From IMG/VR virus record IMGVR_UViG_3300018031_000015, positions 1-37,568 of that record: 37,568 bases of DNA, one strand, 5' to 3'. Under the pieces are notes generated by a model that was not told where the DNA came from, did not search any database, and worked only from the letters and a program-made list of their open reading frames with translations. Positions 17,325-26,940 of the stretch are shown one piece after another. The position numbers and the translations under genes were made by a program. The stretch comes from a virus (taxonomy: Duplodnaviria > Caudoviricetes). Position 1 is the first letter of the stretch; each line of letters begins with the position of its first letter.

Positions 17325-17602
17325 CGGAACCACCGCACACAGGTGGTGCCTTCGTGTTGTTTGATTTGTAGTGTCGCGCCGTGCCCGGCGGGGCAGTGTT
17401 CGCAAGTGAAGCGTATACGAACGACATTGTCGTTTGCTATGCGAGGCCGCTCTTGGTGCAGGTTTACGTTGCCGCAGCTCGGGCACAACAAGACGTCGCC
17501 GTCGCTACGACTTTCATTGTTATCGCGGTCAGGATCTGTCACTGGGTGAAAGTCAAACCCCGTGGTTTGCTTTTTGGAAGACGGGTGGGTATGTTCAGAC
17601 AT
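17321..17602 (-). CDS. Zn-ribbon hypothetical protein
   Basis: ATG 17602 with SD AGGAG, CPSC and CEHC motifs, ATGA overlap with primase. Confidence 0.6.
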   Translation of the reverse strand: MSEHTHPSSKKQTTGFDFHPVTDPDRDNNESRSDGDVLLCPSCGNVNLHQERPRIANDNVVRIRFTCEHCPAGHGATLQIKQHEGTTCVRWFR

Positions 17603-17673
17603 TGTCTGGCTCCTATGCACAGGATGGGAACAGATCGGGTCGCGGCGTGATCAGCGCCGCGGCCCTTCTTTTG

Positions 17674-17961
17674 TCAGGGCGACAGAAGGCGATCAATATC
17701 CGCCGAATTTCGGCAGATGGCAATTCGCACCCCTAGTACCTCGTACGCCGCATGCAACGAGATCTGGTGTGGCGATAGCCGCCCGCCGACCGGCCGCTTG
17801 CATTCGACCAGATACATCCGCCCGCCCGGCAGCACCACTAATCGATCAGGGAAGCCGCGCCTACCTTGCATCGCCATCTTCTCGCAGCGGCCGCCTAGTG
17901 CCCTGACCCTGCGCACCAGCTCCTCCTCGACACTGTCCTCTTTCGGGAGCGGCCTTGACAT
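17674..17961 (-). CDS. VRR-NUC nuclease (Holliday junction resolvase-like)
   Basis: E..VE, GFPDRLVVLPGG, LVECKRPVGGRLSPHQ. Confidence 0.88.
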   Translation of the reverse strand: MSRPLPKEDSVEEELVRRVRALGGRCEKMAMQGRRGFPDRLVVLPGGRMYLVECKRPVGGRLSPHQISLHAAYEVLGVRIAICRNSADIDRLLSP

Positions 17962-18017
17962 TGCAATGGACCTGTCTCAATCTGGTGGCTTGACGACATA
18001 GACATACAGGAAAAGCA

Positions 18018-19247
18018 ATGGCGCAACATTCATCATTGGTCGGCGGCTCGACCGCGGGCCGCATCCTGAACTGCCCCGCCTCATGGTCCGCCACCATGGC
18101 GCTGCCGCCCTCCGCCAATCGATCGTCCGAGTTCGCCGATGAAGGCACGGCGATGCATGAGGTGATGACGCACCTCATGAAGGTGCGCGACGCCACGTTC
18201 GATCTGCACGCTACCGCGAACAAGCTGGTCGGCACCAAGTTCTACGATCGCATCCTGACGCAAGAACATCTCGACACCATGATCATGCCTGCGCTTGACG
18301 CACTGGCGGATCTTGAGGCGCGGTACGGCGGTGGGTTCGGGGTGCTCGCGGTCGAGCAGAGCGTGGATTTTCCGGGCATCCCCGGCGCGCACGGCACCTG
18401 CGATCTAATTCTCCGCAACGCCAAGACCATGCTGCACGTCGATTGGAAGTTCGGCCAAGGCGTCGGTGTCAAGGCGGTGTACCGCGACGAGCACGGCGAG
18501 ACGGTGAATGCGCAGTTGCTGTTCTACACGGCTGGCGCGATGACCGGCAGCCTCAAGGGATGGTACAGCGGCATCAAGACGCTCGGGCTTGCCATCATTC
18601 AACCGCGTAGCAGCGAACCTCTCACGCATGTGGCCGTGTCGCGCAAGGAGGTGAAGTGGTTCATCGAGGATCTCCGGAACGCCGTCATCAAGGCGATCGA
18701 GCGCGACCCGCCGCGGCAAAAAGGCGAGTGGTGCCGCTTCGCGCCTTGCAAGATCAACTGCCCGCTGTGGACCGGACCGCTGCTGGAGCTGGCCGCGCTG
18801 ATGCCGGTGAAGCGCGAAACGACGACCGACCTGTCGTCGCCTTACGGCGCGTATCTCGCCAAGGCCAAGGCGCTGGTGGAAACCGTCGCCATGCTCAAGA
18901 AGGAAGTCGACGAGCAGATGCATTCTTATCTGGAGGCGGGCGGCAGCATTCCCGGCTGGCGGCTCAAGATGAAGGCCAAGAACCGGCAGTGGGTCGATCG
19001 CGATGTCGTGCAGGATAAACTGCTGTCGCTTGGTTTCGACTACGAAGACATATTCGAGGACAAGTTGCGGACCTTCCAGCAGGTCGAGGCGACCGCCAAG
19101 AAGCTGGGTGTCAAGATCCCCGACGAGCTGCGCGTCGCACCGCCCTCCACGGAAACCACGCTCGCGACCACCGACGCCCCCGCACCGGTGATCGACCGCG
19201 TCGAAGCCGCCGCCGCCGTGCGCGAGGCGCTGCTGCAATTGAAGTAA
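18018..19247 (+). CDS. DUF2800 / Cas4-like PD-(D/E)XK exonuclease
   Basis: GGSTAGRILNCPAS, GTAMH, GTCD..VDWKFG, QLLFY, GEWCRFAPCKINCP. Confidence 0.85.
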   Translation: MAQHSSLVGGSTAGRILNCPASWSATMALPPSANRSSEFADEGTAMHEVMTHLMKVRDATFDLHATANKLVGTKFYDRILTQEHLDTMIMPALDALADLEARYGGGFGVLAVEQSVDFPGIPGAHGTCDLILRNAKTMLHVDWKFGQGVGVKAVYRDEHGETVNAQLLFYTAGAMTGSLKGWYSGIKTLGLAIIQPRSSEPLTHVAVSRKEVKWFIEDLRNAVIKAIERDPPRQKGEWCRFAPCKINCPLWTGPLLELAALMPVKRETTTDLSSPYGAYLAKAKALVETVAMLKKEVDEQMHSYLEAGGSIPGWRLKMKAKNRQWVDRDVVQDKLLSLGFDYEDIFEDKLRTFQQVEATAKKLGVKIPDELRVAPPSTETTLATTDAPAPVIDRVEAAAAVREALLQLK

Positions 19248-19314
19248 TTCCGGCTACCGCCGGTTACGGCGACTGCCCCGCCGCTCTAGGGCCGACATAG
19301 AGGACGACATAGAC

Positions 19315-20094
19315 ATGGACCAGAAAAACAAGAACCTGCCGACCATCCCCGACGATTACGCGCAGAAGCTGATGGCGGGCGTCGCCGCCAGCCGCGCCAC
19401 CATGTCCACCGGCGGCGGCGGCGCGATGCTGATGAAGATGGACCGCATGGACGGTCACTGGAACTACGGCCAGCAGAACGAGCTGGTGCAGGAGGGCTCG
19501 CGCTGGATCGTCAACCCGACGCTGTTCGGGCATGGCTGGGTCTGCTGGGTGCAGGCATCGCAGGGCGTCAAGGGCCGCAAGGCAGGCGAGCTGATGTGCT
19601 CGATGGTCGAGGACTTCCCCGCCGAGCCGCCGCTGGCGGAGGGCAAGCACCCGTGGGCCAAGCAGTACAGCTGCGTCCTGAAGTGCATGGAGGGCGACGA
19701 CGAGGGCACCGAGGCGCTCTACAAGGGATCGTCGATGGGCGGCACCGAGGCGATGGCGGCCCTTATTGACGCCTTCAAGCGCAACTTCGCCCACGACCGC
19801 ACACACCCGTGCCCGGTGGTGACGCTGGAGAGCAGCTCCTACGCAAATACCACCTACGGCGGCCGGACCTACAAGCCCATCTTCAACATCGTCGACTGGG
19901 CCGACATGAACGGCAATCTGGCCTCCGCCGGGCCTGCGGCGGCGCTGGAGGAGCCAGTCGAGGAACCCGCGCCTCCGCCGCCACGCAAGCGCAAAGAGCC
20001 TCTGTCGTCCGCGCAGGTGGAGGCGGCGCAGTCCGACCCGTTGCCGACCGCGCAGATCCACACCGGCCAGCGCCGCCGCCCGGCGGCCCGCTGA
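19315..20094 (+). CDS. Putative ssDNA-binding protein
   Basis: Sits between DUF2800 and PolA, aromatic beta-rich core (YGGRTYKPIFNIVDW), disordered tail. Confidence 0.55.
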   Translation: MDQKNKNLPTIPDDYAQKLMAGVAASRATMSTGGGGAMLMKMDRMDGHWNYGQQNELVQEGSRWIVNPTLFGHGWVCWVQASQGVKGRKAGELMCSMVEDFPAEPPLAEGKHPWAKQYSCVLKCMEGDDEGTEALYKGSSMGGTEAMAALIDAFKRNFAHDRTHPCPVVTLESSSYANTTYGGRTYKPIFNIVDWADMNGNLASAGPAAALEEPVEEPAPPPPRKRKEPLSSAQVEAAQSDPLPTAQIHTGQRRRPAAR

Positions 20095-20097
20095 CGC

Positions 20098-20142
20098 GTA
20101 TGGACGAAACCCTTCCCTAATCGGGGAGGGTTTTGTCCATAC
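20098..20142 (+). promoter_or_regulatory. 20-bp RNA hairpin (terminator or processing site)
   Basis: GTATGGACGAAACCCTTCCC-TAATC-GGGGAGGGTTTTGTCCATAC, fully paired with two G-U. Confidence 0.6.
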
Positions 20143-20204
20143 CTACCATTCTACCGTCGACCGGCAATTAAGCCTGTCAAGGACGTTGAAATAGGCCATT
20201 TCAA

Positions 20205-22355
20205 ATGCACGACGCCACAGGCGCGACTTTTGCCATCGAGGACATCGGCTGGATCGATTTCGAGACGCGATCGGCCACCGACATCAAATCTGGAGCCTAC
20301 CGCTACGCCACCGAGGCCGACGCCATCGTGCTGGCCTTCGCGATCGGCGACGAACCCGCCGACAGCCGCGCGGTGTACGACTTCGACAGCGTGCCGCTGC
20401 GCTGGACCGATATGCCTGCTCGCGTGCTTAACCATCACGAACGCGTAAAGCGCGGCGAGGCGATCTGGGCCGCTTGGAACAGTGGCTTCGACCGCGCGAT
20501 CTGGAACTACGCCACGCTGCGCTTCCCCGAGCTGAAACCGCACCACATCATCGACGTCATGGCGCAGGCCACCGCCAACGGCCTGCCGCCGGATCTGGCC
20601 GCAGCGTCCAAGATAATAGGCCGCAATAAAAAGGACGTTTCGGGCAAGAGCCTGATCCCGATGTTCTGCATCCCCGGCCACAAGACCGCCTCCACGCCGC
20701 TGCTGTCGCCGGTGGAGTGGACGCAGTTCACCAGCGAATACGCCACCTCCGACATCGACGCCATGCGCGATGTTTTCCTGTCAACCCGCCAGCTGCCAAT
20801 GCGGGAATGGACCGAATACTGGGCGATGGAAACCATCAACGAGCGCGGCGTCGGCGTCGATCTCAAGCTGGCAAAAGCGGCCGCTAAATTGGCCGACATT
20901 GACCGGACGCAATCCAAGGCCGAGCTGGCGGAGCTGTCCAACGCCGAGATCCGCAGCGTGGACGAGGTGGCGCGTATCACCAAATGGCTGCTGGAACGGT
21001 TACCCCCGGAAGGGCGAGACATCCTGCAAAAGCGCGCCGAGGAAAAGGACGAGTTCGGCGTGGTGACGCGGCCAGCCAAGCACGCACTGACCCGCAAGCA
21101 GGTCGAGCGGCTGATCGTCTACGTCGAGGCCAAGTGCGACCTGCCGGATGTCCTGCGCGTGCTCCAGATCCGGCTCTATGGCGGCTCCAAGACACCCGCA
21201 AAATTCTCAAAGATGCTCGCCAGTCACGTCGACGGCGTCTTGTTCGGGCAGTACGTCTTTAACGGCGCGGCGCAGACCGGCCGCGCGTCCTCCCGCGGCG
21301 TCCAGATCCACAATTTGGCAAGAGATCCATTGCCTTACGAGCAGGAGGCGCTCGATGCCGTGCTGGGGGGCGCAAAATACGACGATATTCTGCGCCTCGG
21401 CGACGGCGCGCCGGTCGCCCGGAAGCTGTCGCTGCTGATCCGGCCGACATTCGTGCCGCGCGGCGACAACGTGTTCGTCTGGAGCGACTGGTCGCAGATT
21501 GAGGCCAGAGTGCTGCCGTGGCTGTGCGATCACTACGCAGGCAGCGCGACACGGCTGTCGATCTTCCGTCAGGTCGATAAAGACCCCTCCGTACCGGACA
21601 TCTACACCCGGACCGCGGCCGTGCTGTCGCATATTCCGATCGAGCAGGTCACCAAGGCCATCCGGCAGCGAGGTAAAGTCGCGGAGCTGGCGCTGGGTTT
21701 TTGCGGCGGCGTCGGCGCGCTGCAGGCCATGGCGGCGGGTTACGGCCTCCACCTTGAGGACGCCGAGGCCAAGGACATCGTCGACCGCTGGCGCGCCGCC
21801 AATCCGTGGGCGATGAACTTCTCGCAGGAGCTGTGGGAAGCCGCGCTCACCGCGCACCGCGCGCCGAACCACTTCATCCAGGCTGGCCGCGTCGGCTTCA
21901 TCTTCCTGCCTCACCTTCTGGGCGGCTCGCTGCTCTGCCGCCTGCCGTCCGGCCGCATGCTGACGTATCGTGCGTTGCGATGGGAAATGCTCGACGTGCT
22001 CGACGAGGACGACAACGTCATCGACCAGAAGCTGGAGCTGACGTTCGCGCGATCGTATGGCCGCATGAAGCTGTGGCCGGGGATCTTTGTCGAGAACGTG
22101 ACGCAGGCGACCGCAGCGGACTTCCTGCGCGGCACGCTGGTGCGGCTGGAGCACCGCGGCAACGCCCCTACGGTGCGCCTGCATACCCATGACGAGATCC
22201 TGATGGAGTGCGACTTCGGCCTCGCCGAGCGTGTCAGCGAGATACTGCGCGAGCAGATGCAGCGCGGCTTTGACTGGAGCAAGGGCCTGCCGGTCATGAG
22301 CGAGGAGACGATCGCGTACTACTACACCAAGCATGAAGGGAGCCACGGGCTATGA
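20205..22355 (+). CDS. Family A DNA polymerase with 3'-5' exonuclease
   Basis: Exo WIDFET and WNSGFD, motif A DWSQIEAR, motif B RQRGKVAELALGF, motif C HTHDE. Confidence 0.93.
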   Translation: MHDATGATFAIEDIGWIDFETRSATDIKSGAYRYATEADAIVLAFAIGDEPADSRAVYDFDSVPLRWTDMPARVLNHHERVKRGEAIWAAWNSGFDRAIWNYATLRFPELKPHHIIDVMAQATANGLPPDLAAASKIIGRNKKDVSGKSLIPMFCIPGHKTASTPLLSPVEWTQFTSEYATSDIDAMRDVFLSTRQLPMREWTEYWAMETINERGVGVDLKLAKAAAKLADIDRTQSKAELAELSNAEIRSVDEVARITKWLLERLPPEGRDILQKRAEEKDEFGVVTRPAKHALTRKQVERLIVYVEAKCDLPDVLRVLQIRLYGGSKTPAKFSKMLASHVDGVLFGQYVFNGAAQTGRASSRGVQIHNLARDPLPYEQEALDAVLGGAKYDDILRLGDGAPVARKLSLLIRPTFVPRGDNVFVWSDWSQIEARVLPWLCDHYAGSATRLSIFRQVDKDPSVPDIYTRTAAVLSHIPIEQVTKAIRQRGKVAELALGFCGGVGALQAMAAGYGLHLEDAEAKDIVDRWRAANPWAMNFSQELWEAALTAHRAPNHFIQAGRVGFIFLPHLLGGSLLCRLPSGRMLTYRALRWEMLDVLDEDDNVIDQKLELTFARSYGRMKLWPGIFVENVTQATAADFLRGTLVRLEHRGNAPTVRLHTHDEILMECDFGLAERVSEILREQMQRGFDWSKGLPVMSEETIAYYYTKHEGSHGL

Positions 22356-22936
22356 AGGCTGAAACGCTCAAATCCAAATTTGCCCGGTGCCGGGCGTTGA
22401 TCGATCGCACCCCCTTCGGGTGTGAGTTCACCGCCGCCGATCTGGCGGAGTTCAACGAGCTGACCGGTGTCGATGCGCTGGCCGCGCGTCACATGCCTAA
22501 CCCCACTTATCCGTCCGACCCCCGGTACGTTCAGGTGCGCGGACCCGATGGCTGGGACGGTGTTTCGTGGACCAACAGGATCAGAGCGCCAAACCCTAAG
22601 ACCGAACTGCACAAGACGCTCCGCGTCGAGATCGATCCGATCATTGCGGAGGTCAAGGCCGCCTTGAACGTCAGGGTATGCCCTAACCCCACTGGAAACG
22701 CGAAGTGCAACGGGCCGAACAATCTTCAGGTAGACCATGTTGGCCTGCCGTTCGACGAGATCGCGTCGATGTTCATCGCGCAGTCCGGGACGATCGACAT
22801 CGAGAAGGGTCCGCCGGGCGGCGTAGACACGATCAGGGATCGCGACCTCGCGGCGCATTGGATCGAGTTTCACGCCGGCCACGCCACCTACCAGATCCTG
22901 TGCCGGTCCTGCAACGCCTCGAAAGGCAAGCGATGA
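22352..22936 (+). CDS. HNH-like endonuclease
   Basis: C..C, LQVDH, YQILCRSCNASK. Confidence 0.65.
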   Translation: MKAETLKSKFARCRALIDRTPFGCEFTAADLAEFNELTGVDALAARHMPNPTYPSDPRYVQVRGPDGWDGVSWTNRIRAPNPKTELHKTLRVEIDPIIAEVKAALNVRVCPNPTGNAKCNGPNNLQVDHVGLPFDEIASMFIAQSGTIDIEKGPPGGVDTIRDRDLAAHWIEFHAGHATYQILCRSCNASKGKR

Positions 22937-23142
22937 GTAACGCACCGCAGGCGTTCGTGCTGTCTCCAAGCAAGTCCTACGACGACTGCATCGACGAGTG
23001 CGAGCGCCTCGGACTTATCGAGCGGATGAAGCACGGCGACAACGACTACATCCGCTACACCCAGCTCGGCCACAACGCGCTGGCGGCGCTGATGACCATT
23101 GCTGACGACATCGACATCGACGACACATTGAAGGCATCGTGA
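22933..23142 (+). CDS. Hypothetical protein, winged-helix-like
   Basis: ATG 22933 with ATGA overlap, LGLIER...YIRYTQLG. Confidence 0.55.
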   Translation: MSNAPQAFVLSPSKSYDDCIDECERLGLIERMKHGDNDYIRYTQLGHNALAALMTIADDIDIDDTLKAS

Positions 23143-23591
23143 TGACACCAGATAACAAGCTGAAACTGAAACGGGCTAACACCAAGCACGGGATGAGCGA
23201 GACGCCAATATATCGACAGTGGGCAGCTATGGTGAGCCGCTGCATACATTCAAATCGACACGACTTTCACCGTTACGGCGGTCGCGGCATTACCGTGCAT
23301 CCTGACTGGCGCAGCTTTGTGGCATTCTACCGCGACATGGGTGCAGGATGGCGACCCGGTCTGACACTCGATCGCGACGACAACGAACGCGGTTACGAGC
23401 CGGGCAACTGCACATGGCGCACGCGAAAGGCGCAGGCACTAAACACCTGTCGCACGCACTTGATTGACACGCCGTGGGGGCGCATGCCGCTAGGTGAGGC
23501 GTCCGAGCGCAGTGGCATCCACCGCACGACGCTGTATTCCCGCATCAAACGAGGAAAGGATCCGTTCGGTGAGACAGAAGTCAGAGCTTAG
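23139..23591 (+). CDS. HNH-family homing endonuclease-like protein
   Basis: KHGMS..W..M..RC, YGGRGITV, LTLDRDDNERGYEPGNCTW, C-terminal HTH. Confidence 0.8.
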   Translation: MMTPDNKLKLKRANTKHGMSETPIYRQWAAMVSRCIHSNRHDFHRYGGRGITVHPDWRSFVAFYRDMGAGWRPGLTLDRDDNERGYEPGNCTWRTRKAQALNTCRTHLIDTPWGRMPLGEASERSGIHRTTLYSRIKRGKDPFGETEVRA

Positions 23592-24975
23592 ACCGTATCA
23601 AGACAGGATCTGCACTCATCTGTATCAGCACGACGCGGCCCTGGCCGTGCTGCGGCCCGGCGGCGGCAAGACGGTCACCGCGCTGACCGCGATCGAGGAG
23701 CTGATCCGCGGCAAGGTGATCCGCCACGCCTTGGTCATAGCTCCTAAGCGCGTCGCGCGCGTAGTCTGGCCGGACGAGATCGAGCTGTGGAAGCACACCA
23801 CCAAGCTGCGCTACACCGTGCTGGACGGCGCGCCGATCGAGCGCACGTTCGAGCTGAGGCAGGTTGGTGTCAGCTGCCGCGACATCACCATCGTCGGCCT
23901 CGACATCGCGCAGTGGCTTTGCGAGCAGCTGGCGGACAAGCCAGATGACAGTCCGCTATTCGACCTGCTGGTGATTGACGAGATCTCGCGCCTGCGTAAC
24001 CCCAAGAGCAAGCGCGCGGCGGCGCTGGCCAAGCAGGCGTACCGCTTCAAATTGATCTGGGGCCTGACGGGTACATTACGCCCTAATTCGGCGATGGACC
24101 TGTTCATGCCGGCGCGTGTCGTCACCCGTGGCAAGCTGTGGGGGCGGTCGTTCTACAAGTGGCAGAAGGAACACTTCTACCCGACCGATTTTCAGCAATA
24201 TAACTGGGCGCCGCTGCCGGGCGCCGAGGACAAGCTCAACGCCGAGATCGCGCCCTACATCGCCACGGTAGCGGACGGCGAACTGATCCAAGCTGAGCCG
24301 ACGATCGTGTTCGACCATGTCGAGCTGCCACCAGCGGCACGGGCAAGCTACGATCGCATGGAACGAATGATGACGGTCGACCCCGGCGAAGAAACGATAA
24401 TCGCCTACAGCGCCGCGATCGCCACCGGAAAGCTGGCGCAGATCGCCAACGGCTTCGTGTACGACGAAGGCAAGACGGCGCAGCGGACGGCGCAGCGTAT
24501 GCACGACGCAAAACGGGACTGGCTGGGGGACATCATCGAAACGGCGACCGGCCCGACGCTGCTGGTCTATGAGTTCATTGAGGATCTCAAGCTGATGCAG
24601 GAGCTGGTGCCGGATCTGCACTACCTCGGCGCGGGTGCCAGCGACAAGGACAGCGGAGAAGCCATCGCGCTGTGGAACCGCGGCCTGCTGCCGTTCATGG
24701 CGCTGCACCCCGCCAGCGGCGGCCACGGCCTGAACCTGCAACATGGCGGCTCGGACATGGCGTGGATGGCGCCGACGTGGTCGCCGGAGCATTGGGAACA
24801 AACCATTGCTCGCATCAACAGGTCAGGCCAGACCAAGCAAGTCATGGTCCGCGTCTGCGTCGCCCGCAATACTGTGGATGAGCTGAAACTGGACCGCGTT
24901 TACCACAAGATGTCCGCGCAGGAGGCGTTTGAAGCCTACCTGCGCGGTAGGCAGAAGCGAAACAAGGCTGCCTAA
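23569..24975 (+). CDS. SNF2-family (SF2) helicase
   Basis: GTG 23569 with purine-rich SD, LRPYQ, PGGGKT, VIDEIS, LTGT, GHGLNLQ, QTIARINRSGQ. Confidence 0.9.
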   Translation: MRQKSELRPYQDRICTHLYQHDAALAVLRPGGGKTVTALTAIEELIRGKVIRHALVIAPKRVARVVWPDEIELWKHTTKLRYTVLDGAPIERTFELRQVGVSCRDITIVGLDIAQWLCEQLADKPDDSPLFDLLVIDEISRLRNPKSKRAAALAKQAYRFKLIWGLTGTLRPNSAMDLFMPARVVTRGKLWGRSFYKWQKEHFYPTDFQQYNWAPLPGAEDKLNAEIAPYIATVADGELIQAEPTIVFDHVELPPAARASYDRMERMMTVDPGEETIIAYSAAIATGKLAQIANGFVYDEGKTAQRTAQRMHDAKRDWLGDIIETATGPTLLVYEFIEDLKLMQELVPDLHYLGAGASDKDSGEAIALWNRGLLPFMALHPASGGHGLNLQHGGSDMAWMAPTWSPEHWEQTIARINRSGQTKQVMVRVCVARNTVDELKLDRVYHKMSAQEAFEAYLRGRQKRNKAA

Positions 24976-25157
24976 TCGAAGTCCTTCTCGGCTACCACGC
25001 AGCGCACCACGACGCGGTTCTTCGCCGCCTCGCGCGCGGCCTTGGCGACTGCCTCGCACGCCTGCATGCCCGGCATCTCTTGCACCGTAGTAGGCACGAT
25101 CTGGTCGCCGCTGTAGAGCGGCCCCAGCGTCGCCATCACGAGCAGGAATACCTTCAC
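24972..25157 (-). CDS. Small hypothetical protein
   Basis: GTG 25157 overlapping the GcrA stop, MKVFLLVMATLG...ACEA..RCV. Confidence 0.55.
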   Translation of the reverse strand: MKVFLLVMATLGPLYSGDQIVPTTVQEMPGMQACEAVAKAAREAAKNRVVVRCVVAEKDFD

Positions 25158-25621
25158 CGCTTCACCCAATTGCTGACCGATCGCTTGGTGTGCGCCAGAC
25201 AATAGGGGCGGCCGACGAGCGACGGCGCGCCGCAGTAGAAGAAGGGCGGGTGCTGCCACGCCTCGCCGGAAGGCCATTTGCAGTCGCCGTGCTCCAGATC
25301 GGTGATCAGGAGCGTGAACGGCACGGGGTCGCGCACGATCTGGGGAGGCGGTATCGGCGCATCGGGCTTGAGCTGCTTCATCTTGATGACCTTCGTCTTG
25401 AGCAAGGCTTTACGGGTGTTGTTCGGAAACAGACGCAGCGGCAGATCGAGCCGGTGCGCCTTGCCGATGCAGGCGTTGCGCGTCAGTTCGATGCCGAACT
25501 CCTGCGACATCTGCGCGGCGATCGAGGTGAACGACGCGTCGTGTCTTTTGTGCAGCTCGCGGAACCGCTTGATCATGGCGGCGGTCCAGAGGTTGGCGTT
25601 GCCCTTGCCTTTGCCGCTCAT
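25154..25621 (-). CDS. gcrA: GcrA cell-cycle regulator homolog
   Basis: WT...SIAAQM..TRNACIGKAHRL N-domain, LEHGDCKWPSG..FFYCG..PYCLAH C-domain. Confidence 0.88.
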   Translation of the reverse strand: MSGKGKGNANLWTAAMIKRFRELHKRHDASFTSIAAQMSQEFGIELTRNACIGKAHRLDLPLRLFPNNTRKALLKTKVIKMKQLKPDAPIPPPQIVRDPVPFTLLITDLEHGDCKWPSGEAWQHPPFFYCGAPSLVGRPYCLAHTKRSVSNWVKR

Positions 25622-25818
25622 TTCACCCGCCCCATGAACACCAGCTCAGCCGCGCCGAACACTTGTCGTTCTCCACAAGCCTCGCATTTGTAGTTTCTGG
25701 CGTCCGGTTCGCAGTTGTACTGCATGTTGCCGCAGGCGAGGCAGAACCCTGCTTGGTCGTCCTCCGCCGCTTGGATGTCCTCCAGCGTGAACATCAGCTT
25801 ACGCTCGGTTTTTGCCAT
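25618..25818 (-). CDS. Zn-finger hypothetical protein
   Basis: GFCLACG..EPDARNYKCEACG. Confidence 0.7.
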   Translation of the reverse strand: MAKTERKLMFTLEDIQAAEDDQAGFCLACGNMQYNCEPDARNYKCEACGERQVFGAAELVFMGRVK

Positions 25819-26026
25819 CGAGATCCTCCTCGACGATGCTGGTCGGCTTGCCCATCATGGTGATGTTGATCGATCCTTGCTTGAGTTGGCTAACGAGGTA
25901 ATCGGCAAAGTCGTTCGCTTTAGCTCTGTTGTGGGCGACGAAAATCAGTCGCACTTCCTTGCCCCACACCTCGACGCGCGCCTGATTGCCGAAGTCGGGA
26001 TGCGTGAATTGCCTGTCCGTGGTCAT
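25799..26026 (-). CDS. Hypothetical protein
   Basis: 75 aa, overlap-coupled in operon. Confidence 0.6.
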   Translation of the reverse strand: MTTDRQFTHPDFGNQARVEVWGKEVRLIFVAHNRAKANDFADYLVSQLKQGSINITMMGKPTSIVEEDLDGKNRA

Positions 26027-26367
26027 GGCGAGGGGTTCTCATGCTTGCCGTTGTTGAGCAGGTACTTGTTGTGGGCGTCGACCACCACCTGCCCGAACGC
26101 GCGCGTGCGCTCGTTCATGTCGTTAAGCATCTTGGCGTGCGCCTCCAGCTCGACGCCGATGTTCTCCGCCAGCTCCATGACGCGATCGCGCAGCTTGTGA
26201 GCCTCCTCGACCTGCTCGTCCGCGGCCTTGATCAGGGAAGCCGCGATCTGCTCGCCGATCTCGGTGAAGACGAACTTGAGCGGCGGCGGGCCGTACTTCT
26301 TCGGCGGCACCTGCGCCGCCAGCTGCGCCAGCGCCTCCTCGGCTGCGATCGTCTGTTCGGTGTTCAT
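26023..26367 (-). CDS. Coiled-coil hypothetical protein
   Basis: ATG 26367 (MNTEQ) with SD GGAGG and ATGA overlap. Confidence 0.65.
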   Translation of the reverse strand: MNTEQTIAAEEALAQLAAQVPPKKYGPPPLKFVFTEIGEQIAASLIKAADEQVEEAHKLRDRVMELAENIGVELEAHAKMLNDMNERTRAFGQVVVDAHNKYLLNNGKHENPSP

Positions 26368-26699
26368 TTGCACCTCCATGATTTGCCGCCGCGAATGGTC
26401 ACCTTGCGCTTGCCGTGGCGCGTGCAGACGTCGTCGACCTCGGCGACCCGGACCGGCATGGCCTTCTGGACTTCGGTGACGGGCACGCGCACCGCCTCGA
26501 TCGGGATCGGCTGCGTCAGGTCGATCATGACGTTGTTACCAACCATGCTGTTGCCGTTGATCTTGTAGGCCAGCAGCAGCGCGGCCTTCTTCTGCTCCTC
26601 CGATGGAGTGCTAGGGAAGAAGTACGCGGTCTGGTCGTCGGGTTCCTGCGCGGCCGCAGGTGCGGCCAGCAGGAACGGAATTATCCACAGGTGTTTCAT
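26364..26699 (-). CDS. Exported protein with signal peptide
   Basis: ATG 26699, MKHLWIIPFLLAAPAAA/Q, C-terminal CTRHG..SWRC. Confidence 0.65.
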   Translation of the reverse strand: MKHLWIIPFLLAAPAAAQEPDDQTAYFFPSTPSEEQKKAALLLAYKINGNSMVGNNVMIDLTQPIPIEAVRVPVTEVQKAMPVRVAEVDDVCTRHGKRKVTIRGGKSWRCK

Positions 26700-26709
26700 T
26701 GGGATCTTT

Positions 26710-26934
26710 CTATCGTTGTGATGGAGTTCGAACCGCTTTGGTCTTGCTGTCCATGTAGCGGTAGACACGGTCGATGGTGGGTATTCTCGGGATCTTGCCC
26801 CCCTCTACTCTGGGAATGAAATGCCCGTCCCCGGCGGCTTCCTTGCCGAAGTTGGTGCGATCGATGCCGACACGTTGGCGGTACGCCTCGATGTCGGCCA
26901 GCAGCTTGGCTGCGGTGGGGTGGAGTTTTACCAT
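26710..26934 (-). CDS. Cro-like HTH regulator
   Basis: LLADIEAY..GIDRTNFGKEAAGDGHFIPRVEGG..PRIPTIDRV resembles alphaproteobacterial phage Cro-like proteins. Confidence 0.7.
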   Translation of the reverse strand: MVKLHPTAAKLLADIEAYRQRVGIDRTNFGKEAAGDGHFIPRVEGGKIPRIPTIDRVYRYMDSKTKAVRTPSQR

Positions 26935-26940
26935 GACGTC

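Noticed and set aside
18018-19247. Cas4-like nuclease as evidence of CRISPR-Cas
   Set aside because: DUF2800-type nucleases are routine in phage replication blocks next to SSB and PolA
21207-22346. Long antisense ORFs (also 3730-4638, 5145-6236, 18405-19238, 31794-32960, 35340-36359)
   Set aside because: Shadows of high-GC3 genes on the opposite strand, with no motifs or operon logic
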